Notes: a model not told the origin generated them from the letters alone. 64,000 nt of DNA from Amoebidium appalachense (GCA_963693365.1 CAVNZM010000001.1:9440907-9504906), one strand, 5' to 3'. Positions 13,366 to 27,243 are shown, numbered from the stretch's first letter. A program made the numbers and translations.

Positions 13366-13966
13366 ACCCACCCAACCACCCCACACACACACACACACAC
13401 GCAAAAAAAAAAAAGAACAAAAAAACAAAAACAAATGATAATTGCGATTGTTTAAGTTTGTCCATGTGGTTAGGGGGGTCTGGAAACGTTTTCTAGCTGG
13501 TTACAGCCGAAATTCACCGGCCCTCGTGAGTAATTAACTTATCATGCCGGTTTCACCACTAGTTAGTTGCCTGAAGAGCAGAGGATGGGCTAGAATTTAA
13601 ACTGCGGTCTTTTACTGTTCACTACATGATAATAAATCAAGAGAATTTCTATTACATAAGCTATGAGAATCCGAAGGCTATTCTGCTGAATCATTTTCAC
13701 ACTAAGGCCCAGTAAACGTGTGGCGAGCAAATAACGTACAATGGAAAAACCCGATAATGGCCAACCCACCAACCAACGGGCGCATAAGTAAATGTCTCGA
13801 AAGTGATTGGGCCGGTAGCGAGGAGGAGCAAAAGAATGGAAGAGAAAATAAGCCATGGGCGGGGAGGGGGGCGCGGGGGGGGGCGGGGCGGGCAGGGGGA
13901 GAGTTGGTAGGAGGAGCCTCCGGGGGGGGGGGGGGGGGGGGGGATGAGTGCGTACGTGTGGGAGAG

Positions 13967-14046
<80 letters not shown>

Positions 14047-14122
14047 GTACGCGTGCGTGTGTGTACGCGCGCGCATGCATTGCAGTAGGTGCTTGTGTGT
14101 TTGTCAGTGTGTGTGTGTGTTA

Positions 14123-14187
<65 letters not shown>

Positions 14188-15252
14188 CGTGCGTGCGCTA
14201 GAGTTTTGTAATGACGTGTTTCTCAAGCCAATCAATACATCTAATAAACAGGTCATAGTTATGATGTGTGTTTAGTATATATAAAATCAAGGATGTTGTA
14301 ATTTTCAGGTAAGCTATCTTTCTGGGTGTCTGTTGTGAATGTGTCGTGTGTGCTGCGGTATTATGTGATCTATCAAACTACATTTGGCAATACATGACCG
14401 TTTAAGCTGGCGTATGTGTGTGTTGTATGGGCATGCAAACGATGCCACCTTATACTTAGTAGACCTCCACTGTATGGCACGTGTACAGTTAAAGCGTGGT
14501 AAGTGGTCAATAATACTGGGCCGTCAGCTAAAGAAAGACCAATTCTACAGGAAGGTAATATGTATTTAGGTGTTACACATTTGCAAGTGCCATATTGGCA
14601 ATTTGATTTAGGCGGTCATTATATATATGTATTTAGGTGTTACACATTTGCAAGTGCCATATTGGCAATTTGATTTAGGCGGTCATTATATATAAAACGA
14701 GACATAAGGCTTAGTTTTTCAAGCTTAGTTTTCAAGGTGTCTGCTTTCATCGGGTCTAGTGTCGTGATGATGTACATGTCTAATAAGTAAGTGGCAGTCC
14801 AAAGTCACACGCACACTGTTGCGGGATTTATTTGTATTTGTGCCCGGTAAGAAGGAGAGAGAGAGGGAAGGAAAGAGGGGAGAGGTTGGGAGGGGGCAGG
14901 TCGGATAGAGAAGAGAGGGTGGGAGGGCAAATAATTCTTTAAGCGGCTTATGTGCTTACACACATGCACACACCACAACCTTTACAGCTCACGATTATTG
15001 TGAAGGTAGGTGTCTTAGCTTTTTCACTCAATGCTCATCCCTACACGTGTGGATCGAACATTCGGTATATAAACAAGGAAGCAAGCACGGACGGCTACAA
15101 ATTTAAAGTGCATGCGGATGTACGAATAAAATGTAAACTCGCGCCGTTTGCGTGCTCGCTGCATACAGATCCGCCCTGTATTCGCTATGTACTTGATCAC
15201 TCGAATGGAACAAAAGTCGCATGATGGATCAATCATCAGCGCGCGTACCTTT

Positions 15253-15319
15253 TGGCCTACCGGTTAGAGCTCCCAGCTCGCAGCTGCGAGGATTGAGGTT
15301 CGAATCCCCATGTCTGCCA
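15253..15319 (+). pseudogene. tRNA-derived relic, duplicate copy
   Basis: Identical to 2038-2104, within the segmental duplication. Confidence 0.55.
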
Positions 15320-15624
15320 TGTCAAATTTTGTGTCCCCGAGACGCATCAAAGTTTACAAAAAAGACTTTTTCATAACCTGGTCGTGCGCTTGAGCTTAGG
15401 TACAAAATGAAATTTATTCTTGGATACAGCGTGCCGCCAGGGTCATTACGCTAAATCCAGGTGAATGAAGGACCACCACCATCGTTGTGCGTGAACAATG
15501 GTAAAAAAACTTGCTAGGCACAAACAACTTTTCATAATAAGTGACATAATAAGTGACAGAATAAAGGCATATAACGTAGGGGCAAAATACATAATTCTTG
15601 TTTCACAAAATCGAAATTCGGATT

Positions 15625-16152
15625 TTAAGCCGTTCCGTCCACCACCTCTCCGTCAACCACATCCGCGGAGCCATCCACAATAACCACGTTATCAGCGGCG
15701 GCCGGCCCAGGGGCGGAAGCCGGCGCGACGACGTTAACCGCGACGCGACCGGGCTGAGTCCCCACATTAACAGCCGCACGAGCTGGAGCAGGGCGAGAAG
15801 CAACACGGGTGTTGGCAGTAGTAGTAGGGGTGGTCCTCACACAACCATTGGCCCAACCCCCCCATGTGGTACCCGCGCCGCACGCAGGGCGGACAACGCA
15901 CCCGGTGCGCCAATCACGGAACTCGGTGCCCGGGGGGCAGTCGGTGGCACCGCAGCCCCACCACCACCAGGCCTGGCCCTGGGGGCAGTTGTTGTTGTTA
16001 ACGGCAGTGGCACTGACGCAGCCACCCCACCCCCACCATCCCGCCACGGTCCCGGCAGGGCAGTTCGCGGTGGGGCCCCATCCCCAGTTGCCGACAGCTT
16101 CGGCGCTGGAGGCGCAGGCGAGGGCGGCGGCGGCGATGGCGGTCAACTGCAT
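15625..16152 (-). CDS. Second, identical copy of the secreted Cys/Trp-repeat protein gene
   Basis: Same translation as 2410-2937. Confidence 0.8.
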   Translation of the reverse strand: MQLTAIAAAALACASSAEAVGNWGWGPTANCPAGTVAGWWGWGGCVSATAVNNNNCPQGQAWWWWGCGATDCPPGTEFRDWRTGCVVRPACGAGTTWGGWANGCVRTTPTTTANTRVASRPAPARAAVNVGTQPGRVAVNVVAPASAPGPAAADNVVIVDGSADVVDGEVVDGTA

Positions 16153-17609
16153 TTTAGCGCGTTTGAAGAAAAAAGTAACTTTTGAAAGATAGGAAACGCG
16201 TCTGTTTTTTTGCGTCGCTGTAAAACTGAGGCTCTGATGGCACTACTGCAGAGATTTATACTTGCTTGATGATTGGAACTACCAATAAAAATGGACCCTC
16301 ACACTTAATTATTGCTGATTGTGATTGGCTGAATATTGAAATGACTAAATCCCCAGCGATTGTTTACTCTTCTATTTGGGGTTAGCAATAGCGAAAAAAG
16401 AAATTGCGGTGGCACTGGTTAAGGCAGTTTCAAGTAGGTGTTTCACCTTTTTTCGTCTCGGTAGTCTCTTATAAGAGAACTCCGTAGTATAGATATTTTT
16501 CTGTAATTAGCTAACCGTTTTCGGTCTTCGCTGCAAAAAGTTATTGTTCGCCACTTACAGTGTATAAAAACGTATCATAACAGAGCCTAAGTTTTTTGAA
16601 GAAATTTTGGAATTGAATAGATCCAGTCAAAAGAAATAAAATAAAAGCTAATCGTATAGAGCCCCCCTTCGCCGCATTTTTGAAAAGTTTTGGCCTACTC
16701 ATTGATTGGCTCCGCATGCAAAATACATTTGAATATGAATCATTGTGAACCAATCACTGTCCAGCAATCAGATCTATTCAGTCTCGCACAGTGCAAAAAA
16801 CATACACATTATATTCAAATCAAAGTTTCGTTTGCACTATATTTTTAGAAATTATTTTTTCGAGCAAGAATAAGACGCTGCTTGTGTTCGAAAGTGCGGT
16901 TTTATGTAGAATACATTCATTCATTCCGCGCCCGCTCGCTTTCGAGGCCCTCTAGTTTCCAAAAACGCTGCATTACGGTACACCATAGATGACGAAGCCG
17001 CGAGGCTCCGCCGCGTATCCGTATCGACATCGGGGTTTACACACTTTATCGATATCTGTGTGCGGACGTCCTTGAAGCTAAAACAAACAAGACCGTGGGT
17101 TTCTCTTATTTATCAAGACTCCGGTCACCCATAGACCAGCTAGCGGTGTTCATTCAGGGAACAGTTGAGGGAGCGACTGATAGCTTGTATCTATATCTTC
17201 GCGTTTGTGGTTTTTGGAAAAACTGACAGAGCCTAGCTGATACATTGGTGACCAAGTCATGATGTTTTGCAGAATGGTGGCCCAAATGCAACATCAGAGG
17301 CCCCGGTATAAATTCGAAATAGAACGAACCGAAAAGGGGGTGGTGGAAATCTTCTGGAGCTAGGATTATGTAGTAGGGAAATACCATGGGAGCTCGAGGG
17401 CAGGAGGTTGGCTCGGCGTGGGGCGGAGGAGGGGAGGGACCATCAATCCACCCATTCCCATGGGGGGTGGCTGCGCCATGGTGATCGTTGTATCCGGTAG
17501 GTATCATCATCATGATACGTGGGTATTTAGCATCGTCGTCCGGGTGCTGTTAAAAACTCACTCCGTATAATTAATTTAAAGTATTCATGACTTTGTCTCT
17601 TTTTTTCTC

Positions 17610-17665
<56 letters not shown>

Positions 17666-17687
17666 TCACTCGCTCACTCTCTCACTC

Positions 17688-17735
<48 letters not shown>

Positions 17736-17750
17736 GATCTCTCTCTCTCA

Positions 17751-17811
<61 letters not shown>

Positions 17812-17823
17812 TCTCTCTCTCTT

Positions 17824-17871
<48 letters not shown>

Positions 17872-17933
17872 CCCCCCCCCCCTCTCTCAGCTCTCTCTCT
17901 CTCTCTCTCTCTCACATAGCTCTCTCTCTCTCA

Positions 17934-18007
<74 letters not shown>

Positions 18008-18187
18008 CTCTCTCTCTCCCCCCCCCCCCCTCTTCCTCTCGCTCTCCCTCTCCCTCTCCCTCTACCTCTCCCTCTGGACTCCCTCGGGCCTCCCTCCGTC
18101 TCCCGCTCTCCGTCCTCTCGCCCTCCCTCACTCCCTCCCTCCCTCCCCCCTCCCCCCCCCCCCCCCCCCCCTCTCTCTCTCTTGCTT

Positions 18188-18291
<104 letters not shown>

Positions 18292-18614
18292 CTCTCTCTC
18301 TCGCTATCTCTCTCTCTCTCTCCCCCCCCCCCTCCCCCCCCCCTCCCCCCCCCCCCCCCCCCCTCCCCCCCCCCCTCCCCCCCCCTCCCCCCCCTCTCTC
18401 TTCTGCCCCCTAGCTAGACCTTCTCCCTACCCCGGCTCCCCCCCACAAAACCCTCCGTCAGGTCTCCCCTATTGGGATTTCATTCAATGTTATGATGGCC
18501 ACCCCACCGTCAACGTCGAACTACTGCCATCGTTACTATGCTACTTTGGCTTCTGCAATATTACAGTGTCACACGTGCACATACACACAGACACACACAA
18601 ACGCACACATACAC

Positions 18615-18691
<77 letters not shown>

Positions 18692-18923
18692 ATCACGGTG
18701 GCACACACCCACACCCACAGACCCACACCCACACACGCAAACACACACACACAAACACGTACACACACACACACACATGTACACTGCGCGACCACCCACA
18801 AACATTATCCACAGACACGATTGCACACACCTGATACTCTCTTATCATACACAGACACAGTGCAGACCAAGGTGCGCACACGCTCCTCAATTTCTATCCA
18901 CGTTTTTCTCTCTTGCCCCCCAG

Positions 18924-18965
<42 letters not shown>

Positions 18966-20057
18966 CCCCCCCCTCTGAGGCGCTTACTGGCACTGTGACG
19001 GCTATGGGGCAAAGGGGGGGGGGGGGGGGGGGGGGGGCATGACATGACATACGTAGCAGCTGTTTTTGGAAGAAGTCTATCCTTTCGAGGCGGGTATGGT
19101 AGCTGTATTGTCCATGGCTAAGCTTCTTAAGCCTTTCAAGTTTCAATGATTACGACAGATACTTTGATTAGACTGTATTTGAGGTTACTGTACGGTATGT
19201 TGTTTTGACTAAAAACAGTTTTTAACCACCAGAAAACGGTGGTGTAGTACCGCATACATGAACATGAAAATCCAACCGCATTAAAATTAATCAACACTGA
19301 GAACACGGTGCTTATTAGTTTTATGGCAGCAGCAAATCTAGAACAGTACCACATATTATTAAATTTACCACCGTTCTGAGTTTGTGTTGTTGGTTGCAAG
19401 CCCATTAGGTCCGCCTACAATTGTCATAAATATGCAATGACTCAAAAGATGGCCCGACGTGAAACACAAGGCCGGCTTGCTCTAGACTCCAGACTCAACA
19501 ATCAAAAAGGATTTCGGTAATAATGGGGATCTTCGTGTGTGTGAGTATTAGAAGTCAGGTGTTACCAAAACCAGGAATCCAAGCAAATATTTTCGAAACG
19601 GTCGTCCCTCCCCCCCCCCCCCCCCCCCCCCCCCCCCACGCACACACACCAAAAAAAGAAATGCCTATGGGCCATACTACAATATCATACATCTCTCTCC
19701 CTCCCTCTATCTCCCCCATTCCCCCCTCACCCCCTGCCCCCCACACCTCCCTTTTCTTTCACTCCCTTAAAGCTCTATACTCCCTCTCTCCCTCTGTCTC
19801 TCCCTCCCTCTCTGTCTCTCTCTCTTTCGCTCTGTCCCCCACTCCTCCATCCCCCCTCCCCCCCGCCCCCCTGCCCCCTCCCCCTTCCTCCCCCGCTCAG
19901 TATCCGAGACTCTCCCCACCCTCCTCTCTCTCCCTCCATCCCTCTCTCTCTCCCCCCCCCCTCCCCCTCCCCCCCCCCCCCCCCCCCCCCCCCGTCTCCC
20001 CCCCCCTCCCTCCCGGTGTGTGGGCGTACGTGGGCGTGTTCGCGTGTTTGGATGCGT

Positions 20058-21524
20058 AGTGGGGGGAAGACCGGGAGTGCAGGTCAGACACAGCACCCGT
20101 GTTGTCGCATAAAATACGGACATGGTGGGTGGACCAGGAGGGGGCCCAGAGGGCCACGGCGGCTGCGATGGCCAGGAGTTCGATGACGGAAGAACCGAGT
20201 TTACCCTCATGAGCATAGAGGGCTTGGGTGGAGGGGGACCAGGGCATGAAGAACCATTGGTCGAGCCAGTGGCCTCCTAGACCCACCGATCCGGCAGCAT
20301 CAGTGGCCAGGGTGGTGTATGTGGGGGGTGTGATGAGGTGCACCCCATTCCATGATGTGAGGAACTGGTGCCATTCGGCTATGTCGGCCCGGGCGGCAGC
20401 AGTCAGTCGTATGTGGTGGTGGCCGGCAAGGTGTGGGTGGGTCCGGAGAAGGGCCCATAGGCGCTGGGAGAAGGCCCTCCCGGGGGGAACCAGCTGGGCA
20501 CACCAGGTGAGTTTGCCGAGGAGGGACTGGAGGTCCCGAATGGTGATGGTGGGCTTTGGGTGGGAAGTGAGGTCGAGTAGGTCCGAGAGCTTGGAAGCCG
20601 GGATTCGTGCCTCCATGGTGATGGAGTCGAATTCGATACCGATGAAGACGACACGGGTAGCCGGGCCCTGCATCTTGTCTTCGGAGATGGCAATGTGCAG
20701 CTCTCGGCAGAGTTGCAGGAAGGTGGATAGGTGAAGTTGGCACTGCTCTTGTGTGGGGGCGACTATAACTTCCAGTCGTCTACGTAGTGGCGGATGAGGG
20801 TAATACCGTGCTGGTGTGCCAGCCACTGTAGGGTGGCCGCGATCCGTTCCCAGATGGCTGGGCTAGATTTCAGGCCGAAGGGCAGTCTGGTTTCAACGTA
20901 AAAATGCCCTTGCCATTTGAATGCCATTAAGTGGTGGTCTTCCGGTCGGATGGGCATGTGCCGGAAGGCAGCCTGCACATCTGCCACGGCCATGTAGCAG
21001 CCGGGGCCTGCGTCGAGAATGAGTTGGGTGACATCCCGGGCGCGAATGTACTGAAGTTCGTCGGGGTAGGTGATGCTGTCATTGACACTGCTACCCCGGG
21101 GCCAGGAGAGGTGGTGGATTCGACGGTACTTGGGGGGGTTCCCTTTCTTGGTAACGGCGCCGATGGGGGAGGAACGGTGGACCGGAAATTCGTCAAAGAA
21201 TTGGGCCGGGGAGAGGGGGCCGCGCAGGTGGCCGAGGGCGACTTCTTTGGCAATATCCACCGTGATAGCGGCAGCTGCCTCCGGGGTGGTGGGTAGGTTG
21301 GGGCCCACCCGAGAGGTGGAGGGGCCGCGATAGCCGATGTCGACGCCGAATTCGACATCGTGGAGGAGTTGTGCGGCGAATGGTTGGTCCGGGTAGGAGG
21401 CCAGCAGTTCCCGGAGGCGGGAGGTGTCAATGTGGTGCTGGGGCAGCGGGCGGGCCTCCGGGTCTGAGCCTCGGGGGAAGGGGTGGTTAGCAAGGGTGGT
21501 GTACCCTTGGGGAGATCCCGGCAG

Positions 21525-21564
<40 letters not shown>

Positions 21565-21659
21565 CAGGGCCCCGGGGGGTTAGAGTAGGGCAGCTGGGCC
21601 CAAGTGAGGGTTGGCAGGGAGGGCAGCGGGGCCCTGTGCAGGGGAATGTGCCCGAGCAC
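20058..21659 (-). pseudogene. RT/RNase H of the truncated Ngaro-type element; frameshift just after YVDD (~20770)
   Basis: ADVQAAFRH, LPFGLKSSP and YVDD in ORF 20763-21659. FIGIEFD, LLGKLTW, ATDAAG, IELLA and ILCDN in ORF 19897-20826. Confidence 0.88.
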
Positions 21660-21964
21660 GCGGGGGTGTGGGCGGACACAGAGGTAGAAGAAGGGGGGGG
21701 GAGGGAGTGCTAGGTGAGTGTAAGGGGGGGGGGGGGGAGGCTCGTGGGATGGGGGGGGGGGGAGTAAAATTATGTGCAGTGGCCAGAATAAACGTCTTTG
21801 TGTAGGGACATTTATTCTTGACGCGCGCGGGCGCCGTAGTTGGCCTGCGAAATTTTGTACTCAGCCCTATTGGCCCGTTCTCCCGAGCTCCGTTTCCCTG
21901 TACTCGTGTGTCCTAGCTCCTAACCCCTATGTTCTAGAGCTGTGTGTGTGGGTGTGCGCGTAGA

Positions 21965-23134
21965 CTAGGCATTGTGCTTGCCGTCTTTGCGGGGGTGTGT
22001 GCCAGAGCAGAGCGGACACACGTGGGAGAAGGGGCAGGGCTGCTTAGCGCAGGACCGACCGTTAATGTGGAAATTCCTGCAGTGCGTCGCGGGTAGATCC
22101 ACGGGTCGGGCCGGTTTTGCCGGGCCGGGTTGCGGGCCGGGGCGGTTAGGGGTTTGACCCCCGCCGGGCTTGTGGGGCGGCTTAAAGCCGTCAAGACCAC
22201 AGCCGGGCTTGGGGTACATGGGGCAGGCCGCGCTGGGGTGGTCGGGGAAGCCACAGCGCTGACATGCGTCCGGGATGAGCAGAGTGGGTGGCAGGAGGAG
22301 ATCCTGGTGGAGTTGGGCGAGCAGGTTGGGACACTCGATCGGAGCCCGACCCTGCTGGTGGGCAACGGTGCGGGCGTATACGTCATAGTTGTGGATCTGG
22401 GCCCACGGGTATCGGGTGCTGAGGCGAGTGATGTGCTGAGTCCAAAGTACGTCTTTGTCCGTGGGGAGGCCGAGGTGGTGCTTGGCGGCCATGTAATGGG
22501 TCCAAGCTTGGATCCAAATGACGAGTGAACGCAGGGGAACGGGTTTGTCTTGGCGAAAAGTCTCGATGCTGCCGTCGTCGGCCATGCGCAGATGCTGACC
22601 TTTCTTTGATGGGGCCAGGAGGGCGGCGGGGGTGAACTTATACAGGTCGACGAAACGATTGGCGCGCAAATCTGCCAGCACATCCGCGGGGGGAAGCGGG
22701 AGTGTGCCCGGCTGAATGTCGCCAGTGTTCTCACCTCTGATGGGGGGCGCGGGCAGGGCAGGTAGGTCTAGGTCAGGGCCGAGATGCAGCCCCGGGGAAA
22801 CCTCCCCGGGTGTGGAGGGCGCGGCGGGGGGTGCGGGAGGGTCGCGGTTGGTGAGAGCAGCCAGGACGCCAGCCATCTGGGTGCTGATGGCGGTGAGGGC
22901 GGCCAGGACGGCGTCTTGAGAAGTCATCTGCGGGGACGGCAGGGCCTGAGGGGGGACTTCAGGAGTGTAGGGGAGAGTAGCCGGCGGGTCCGGGTCCGTG
23001 GTGGTATGGGCCGCTGGAGGCGCGTCAGTGTCCGCGGGAGCGTTGGTCAGCCTGTGGCGGAGGTCGCTGCGGGTCAGGCGCTTAGGTGCCGCGGCAGGGG
23101 CGGCTGCTGAGGCCTGGCGCTTTTTCGGCGGCAT
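21965..23134 (-). CDS. Gag-like ORF1 of the truncated Ngaro-type element
   Basis: ATG at 23134 (MPPKKRQ...), CX2CX4HX4C knuckle CQRCGFPDHPSAAC and C-terminal CRNFH...C...CPFSHVCPLC...H zinc finger. Confidence 0.8.
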   Translation of the reverse strand: MPPKKRQASAAAPAAAPKRLTRSDLRHRLTNAPADTDAPPAAHTTTDPDPPATLPYTPEVPPQALPSPQMTSQDAVLAALTAISTQMAGVLAALTNRDPPAPPAAPSTPGEVSPGLHLGPDLDLPALPAPPIRGENTGDIQPGTLPLPPADVLADLRANRFVDLYKFTPAALLAPSKKGQHLRMADDGSIETFRQDKPVPLRSLVIWIQAWTHYMAAKHHLGLPTDKDVLWTQHITRLSTRYPWAQIHNYDVYARTVAHQQGRAPIECPNLLAQLHQDLLLPPTLLIPDACQRCGFPDHPSAACPMYPKPGCGLDGFKPPHKPGGGQTPNRPGPQPGPAKPARPVDLPATHCRNFHINGRSCAKQPCPFSHVCPLCSGTHPRKDGKHNA

Positions 23135-23249
23135 GCTGACCGGCGTAGGGAAAGATAGGGAGAATGAAAAGGAATATATAGCTGTAAGGCTGTGGATGCT
23201 AAACACAGAAGATGTGTTTGTAGCTTGCTGATCTGCTAAAAACTGTCGT

Positions 23250-23358
23250 GCTTATATACCTAAGCCTACCGATCTGAGCCAATCAAAAATCGATCTAGTG
23301 ATATGTGAAATCTGATCCGAGCCAATCATAACTCGGTCTAGTGATCTGTGGTATCTGA
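23250..23358 (-). promoter_or_regulatory. Putative element promoter: two tandem 43-bp CCAAT-box repeats followed by a TATA-like box
   Basis: gatc.gagccaatca.aa.tcg.tctagtgat.tgtg..atct occurs twice (23271-23356). The minus strand reads ggtatataag about 120 nt upstream of the gag ATG. Confidence 0.45.
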
Positions 23359-23512
23359 TGTTTTGACTGGCTAATAGGTGCCCGTGTGCGGGCAGCCAAC
23401 CGCTAACTGCTAAAACACGAAATGAAGCCTACATGGTTATGTTGGTATCGAACACCCATCCTACGTGTTTACCCAGAAAAATATTTATGTCAATAATTTC
23501 CACAAATAAAAC

Positions 23513-25825
23513 CTTGCTGCTCTCCTCCAACCTTATCTGCCAAAAAGCTGCTTTTAAATCAAGTTTAGCAAAGTGAGTATAGCCGTGCAGCTGTGAAAGC
23601 TGCTCGTCTATGTTAGGGAGAGGCCATTGGTCTGCCTTAGTGATCCGATTCAGAGCCCTGTAATCGTTCACTAGACGCCAAGACCCGTTGGGCTTCTTAA
23701 CCAATAGCACCGGACTTCTCCACGGACTCGAACTATGCTCCACATGACCCTTTTTTAACATATCACTCACTATTATTAGCGCATCCGACAATTTATACTG
23801 CTCCATTCTATAACTAGGCATCACTACCGGCCTATTATCACCTGTGTCGATCTGCATTTCAAACCCTTTAACGAAGCCTACTTCGTTATCATCGGCCAGA
23901 AATGCAAACCGAGTCCTATCAAATAACTTAGCTAGCAATTTCTTCTGTTCTACCGTCCAATCCCCCTCCTTCATACCAAACGGCAATACTAACTCCGGAT
24001 TACCCCCATCACAAGTGGATGCATCCTAATTCACCGGAGTGCCACTTAACATTTCACCTCCTGTATTACATCGGTGCTGCTCGGGGTGAGGTTGAGGTAC
24101 CTCCGGATATAGGCGGTCACCCTTAGCACCCCCCCTCCCCCCGGCACACCCATGCCCCCGGGCAATTCCTGATGAGTTAGTGCATGTATGTGGGGGGCCA
24201 GGTCTGTGGCCACCCTGCCCCCCACGGTGTTGGTTAACCCGTCAGATCCACGGGTTAGACCAACACCCTCCCCCCCTGCTTGCACATTCTCACACCCGGG
24301 GTGACCCTCCTTCCTCTTGGGGGTCGGGTGAGTGGGACCGGTGCTGTCCCGGTCCCCCCCCCCATCGTGTCGGGTGACATTTTGGTGGCTAACGTTAAAT
24401 AAAGTTGTTCCCCCTCCTCCTGAGTCACCCTTCGAGCCGGCATCCTCCTTTTGGGTAATAAGAGAGACCTCTATACTACCAATCTCATTAGTGAAACTAC
24501 CGACGGAAACACCTGACCTAATCACTATAGGCCGGGCTCGATGCCCGGATTCACTAATTCTATTTCTATTGTCTTATCCGGCCATACCCTACTAAGGGTC
24601 CATTGAGCCACCTCCTGAAATGGGGTTTTCGGAGTAAAAACCCCTAAATTCCCTATCCTAACATGATTGCCGGCCCGGACACGTACCGTTTGGCACCGAT
24701 AAGGCTCGATTACTACTTCAGCTACCGTTCTAGCACCAGACTGATAACCGTCGAGCCCATCATGGGTTTTAATTTTAACGCCGGACTGCAATTCTAAAAC
24801 ATTCGTACGTTCAAACAAAGCATTCACATGTCTACGGAAAAATGGGGCTCCCAACAAAACACTTTGAGCTAAATCCTTAACCACATAACAAGCAATATGC
24901 ATAGCCTGGCCACCTATCTCACACGGCAACACACAAACACCTTCCACAGACATACTACTATTATTAGCACTACCTAAGGCTGTGCTAGAAGCATCTAAAA
25001 TAGGAATTTCCCCCCGGCCTGATTAAAACGACGAATAAACGAAGCATGCACACAATTAACCTGAGCCCCTCCATCGAGCAAAGCAACAGCCTTCAACTTA
25101 CCATCAGCTAACCATATGTCTATATAATGCCGGCTAAAACCAACTAAATCCTCCTCCAATTCAAGCAACACATCATCACTCACACCCAATCCCTGCCCAC
25201 GAAGACTCACACCCTCGATACCTACGTGCAACATACCTACCTGTGGTGCCTGCACGGGTGGGGTGGGGTGTGTATGTGATGTGGGTGGTGGTGGAGTGTG
25301 TGTGTGTGGTGTGTGGGTGGGTGGTGTGTGTGTGTTTGGTGTATGTGTGGGTGTGTGTGTGGGTGTAGGTGTGTCTGCAACCGTCGTATGTTGTTGTGGT
25401 GGTGTGTTTCTACGTGTCTGTGCCTTCCCCCCCCTTCCCCCTTTACTCGTGTGTGTCCCCCCCCCTCCCGGAAACAATGGCACCGAAACCCCCTCCGGTG
25501 TGGTTAGAACAAACACCGGGTTGGGACAAGAAACACTGAGACCATCCACTTGTGGCTGGGGAACCTCCCCCAACCACAAAACATTCACACCATTCATACC
25601 TTTGGTAGTCTAAGAGTCACCCCACAAACATTCATGCCATACCACCTCGACGCTGTCTTGAGGACCCACGACGATGCCCGGCTCCCACACGTATCGGGGC
25701 GGTGAGGGGGCAAAGGGAAGCTTAACCTGGGGTGGGGGAGGGTGAAGGTTCTCTGCAACCTGGGGGGGACCGATACTGTCCCCCCCCCCTCCCTTAGTGA
25801 CCCCAGCTTCCCCCTCCCCCGGAAC
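23513..25825 (-). pseudogene. Gypsy pol (protease and RT N-terminal part), disrupted by stops and frameshifts
   Basis: ALLDGGAQVN and VLLGAPF (protease). SSSPWRSPVLLVKKPNGSWRLVNDYRALN, PLPNID and KLDLKAAFWQI (Gypsy RT). Confidence 0.9.
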
Positions 25826-27169
25826 TCAATAGCTCTTGTAACTACGGCAATATGCAGCAGAGTGCCCTTGCCGGCCACAAAAGTAACATGCACCAAAGAA
25901 GGGGCCAGGGGGGACTTCAAAACCTTGGCGCAAAGCATAACCGGGAGCCCGGTCATGCTGGGGGGGCCCACCGTGTGCACCACGGCCCCCCCCTTCCCCC
26001 CCCTGCCCCCCTCGGCCTCTCTCACCACCATTTCCACCCCTCCCTCTACCCTGCCCACCACCACGAGCAAGATAAGGGGCAAACCTCTCGGTGAACTGCT
26101 GCTGTTGTCCTCCACGTCCACCGCGCCCACGACCGCCGTGTCCACCCCGGTCGCCGCCACGGCCACCCCGGAAGCCGAAGCCCCCGCGGCCAGAGAAGAC
26201 GGCCTGGGAGAGCTCGGCAACCTGCTTGACCAACATGGTGAGTGCATCTGGCTGTTCACCCTCTTTTTTCTCTTTTTCCCCCTTCTGTCCACTCTCCTTC
26301 TTTTTCTTGTCTACTTCCATCACCTCCTTTTTATCCCTCTTATTGAACTTCACCTCGTGCATGGCAAGCAAGTGACGTTTAACATGCAACACCACCTCAT
26401 CTACATCATCATGCTCCCCAAACATGCGTGCAGTGTCTGTGTTTACGGAGAGAGCCTTACGAGCAAACTCGAACTTTTCCCTATCACTCACGTCACCAGC
26501 TAACTCACTGGCACAAAGGTCTTCAAAGACCCGATATTCCCTCTCAAAGAATGCACGAGCTTCTACGGGGGACATATCTAAAGTGGGAAAGGTATACTTC
26601 CATTCTCGTAGCTGGGCCCTGAAGGTACGGCGCCGGTCGGCCGTCAGGTATCGGCCGACGAGCCGGGCCGTATACTCGCGCTCGTTTTCCGGCCGTGTGA
26701 AGGCCTCGAGCTCCCCGTCCACGTCGTCGGTGCTGCTCTCGTCCTCGTCGTCGGGGATGAATCGTGCGGCCAGACGTTTCTGGCCGAGTGTCCGGGACAC
26801 CATCTCGTCCCTCCCCTCGTCGTACTGCTGCTCGTATATACGAGCCGTCACCTGGGGGGCCTGCTCGGCCCGGTACGGGTGCTCCTCCATCAGGGTGCAT
26901 AGGTCGGCCATAGTCTTGTGGTCGATGCACTGCTTGATCATTAGGCACGAGGCCGCCACAGTGGGGGCCTTCTTTGTGTCTAACACTAGTGTGGGTGTGT
27001 TAGCTAGGAGTGTCCTAAGCCACCTAGGTATTTCCGAGTCGTGTTTGAGTGTAAAACTGAAAGCTGTGGTCTGTCTAACGTCTAGTGTATGAACCTGTGG
27101 TACCTGTGTGTGCAGGGAGCTATCCTCCGCTGCCAATGCGTAGAACATATCTACGTTGAACTTAGCCAT
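25826..27169 (-). CDS. Gypsy Gag (ATG at 27169) with RGG-rich region and zinc knuckle
   Basis: Long open frame ending in CYFCGRQGHSAAYC (CX2CX4HX4C). Confidence 0.8.
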   Translation of the reverse strand: MAKFNVDMFYALAAEDSSLHTQVPQVHTLDVRQTTAFSFTLKHDSEIPRWLRTLLANTPTLVLDTKKAPTVAASCLMIKQCIDHKTMADLCTLMEEHPYRAEQAPQVTARIYEQQYDEGRDEMVSRTLGQKRLAARFIPDDEDESSTDDVDGELEAFTRPENEREYTARLVGRYLTADRRRTFRAQLREWKYTFPTLDMSPVEARAFFEREYRVFEDLCASELAGDVSDREKFEFARKALSVNTDTARMFGEHDDVDEVVLHVKRHLLAMHEVKFNKRDKKEVMEVDKKKKESGQKGEKEKKEGEQPDALTMLVKQVAELSQAVFSGRGGFGFRGGRGGDRGGHGGRGRGGRGGQQQQFTERFAPYLARGGGQGRGRGGNGGERGRGGQGGEGGGRGAHGGPPQHDRAPGYALRQGFEVPPGPFFGACYFCGRQGHSAAYCRSYKSY

Positions 27170-27207
27170 TGTGTGGTGTGTGCCCGAACTCGTGTGGTTG
27201 TGTTTAT

Positions 27208-27243
<36 letters not shown>

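Larger units (their letters stand above)
20058..23512 (-). mobile_element. Ngaro/DIRS-type (tyrosine-recombinase class) retrotransposon, 3'-truncated, YR gene and 3' repeats missing
   Basis: gag, RT and RNase H are clearly homologous to the complete element at 29290-34959 (RRIHHLSWPRGSSVND against RRIHDLSFPRGSSIND; TDAAGSVG against TDAAGSIG). It breaks off inside RNase H. Confidence 0.88.

Noticed and set aside
18470-18565. Isolated exon candidate (GLPYWDFIQCYDGHP...)
   Set aside because: Weak donor site, no partner exons and no recognisable family.
25611-25828. Programmed stop-codon readthrough between Gypsy gag and pol
   Set aside because: Two in-frame stops plus further lesions downstream fit mutational decay better. 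Other copies would be needed to test it.
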